From Lepidodermella squamata (lineage: Eukaryota; Animalia; Gastrotricha), in assembly GCA_047495785.1 (NCBI GenBank), contig JBLDXI010000017.1, positions 2,232,001-2,296,000 of the forward strand: a DNA stretch of 64,000 nucleotides, read 5' to 3'. The notes beneath the pieces are model-generated. The model was not told where the DNA came from and did not search any database. It saw only the letters and a program-made list of their open reading frames with translations. Positions within the stretch are counted from its first letter, which is position 1. Each line of letters opens with the position of its first letter. Below are positions 63,232-64,000 of the stretch, piece by piece. A program made the position numbers and the translations under genes.

Positions 63232-64000
63232 CTACCAGAAGTCAGAATCTGCGTTGCTGGAATCGGGCCTTTGTTCAGCGACTTTCGCTCCTGGGATGGC
63301 CTCATCCGTTTTCTGACGAGTGTATAATTTCTCTACCTTGCTGTTTCTTTCCGATGAACCTGGTTTTTCCACATCAGTATCCTTCTCGTCGCCAGCAGAG
63401 GCAGTCTCTCCGTCCATACTAATAGTTTGAAAGAATGACGATCCTCTTGTAATTTGATCTTTGTCAGTTGTGAAAGGTTTTGGCTTCGGCTTCGCAGGGC
63501 TAGCCTTTGCATCATCAACAGGCGAAGACGTTTTGCCGGTTTGTAAAAACTCAGTAACTTGATTAGCTTTTTGAACCATCTTCTCATCGAGAGCGCGGCC
63601 TGATGATTTTATCTTCTGAATGTTCTCGTGACATTTGTTCATTAGCGCTACAGCTTTGTCCATGTTGTTACAGTTGATGTAAAATATGGCCGCATTCAGT
63701 ATGATCGTCGGATCCCCGGCTTTGTCCATTTCAAGAGCTTGCTCATAAGCGAGTTTCGCATGATTGATATCATCCAACCGAGCAAGGGCCACAGCAAGAA
63801 ACATGAACAATTTAGCCCTTGGCTTGTGAGCGATAGCAGCAGAGATGTAATGAAAAGCTGAGGCATTGAGGCCGACCGACAAATGAATAAGACCGAGGTT
63901 AAACAGAATTTTCCAATCCATTGGAGAGAGATAAGCAGCTCGCTTAAGACAACTTATAGCTGTAAGATGTTTGCCTTTTTCGAAGTAGCACATCCCAACA
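63232..64000 (-). CDS. BBS4: BBSome subunit BBS4, 3' part, truncated at the window edge
   Basis: GMCYF.KGK...AISCLKRAAYLSPMDWKILFNLGLIHL....ASAFHY.SAAI..LFMFLAVALARL. Confidence 0.93.
   Translation of the reverse strand, partial: VGMCYFEKGKHLTAISCLKRAAYLSPMDWKILFNLGLIHLSVGLNASAFHYISAAIAHKPRAKLFMFLAVALARLDDINHAKLAYEQALEMDKAGDPTIILNAAIFYINCNNMDKAVALMNKCHENIQKIKSSGRALDEKMVQKANQVTEFLQTGKTSSPVDDAKASPAKPKPKPFTTDKDQITRGSSFFQTISMDGETASAGDEKDTDVEKPGSSERNSKVEKLYTRQKTDEAIPGAKVAEQRPDSSNADSDFW

Overview
Eukaryotic DNA from a very compact invertebrate (bilaterian) genome: gene-dense, mostly 47-75 nt GT-AG introns, several intergenic gaps of ~150-250 nt. The organism cannot be identified from the sequence alone. 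Joining ORF fragments across splice sites by hand gives about 23 genes. In order: an edge-truncated membrane protein, a CCP/sushi + C-type lectin, a minimal CNNM-like transporter, a secreted Thr-rich protein, and then five divergent globins (5.7-18.4 kb). The globin cluster is interrupted by a RING-B-box-coiled-coil gene, decayed mobile DNA (Penelope-like GIY-YIG remnant, Crypton-type tyrosine recombinase) and an ankyrin gene. Next come a Cys-loop channel with a long repetitive N-terminus, FoxA, FANCM (with an antisense gene nested in a 2.36 kb intron), SDHAF4, PIP4K2, THADA, a RING-bearing Brat-type TRIM-NHL, a calmodulin-like gene, a PLD-nuclease-like protein, and the ciliary genes SPATA7, TTC23 and BBS4. 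The most novel-looking system is the globin cluster. All five keep E7/F8 His and carry subsets of the ancestral B12.2/G7.0 introns, but each has an ~11-50 aa insertion between helices G and H. In three paralogs this insertion holds a conserved CxxC-basic motif, and these three also have extra cysteines near the heme pocket. All family assignments come from motif recognition, not database searches.
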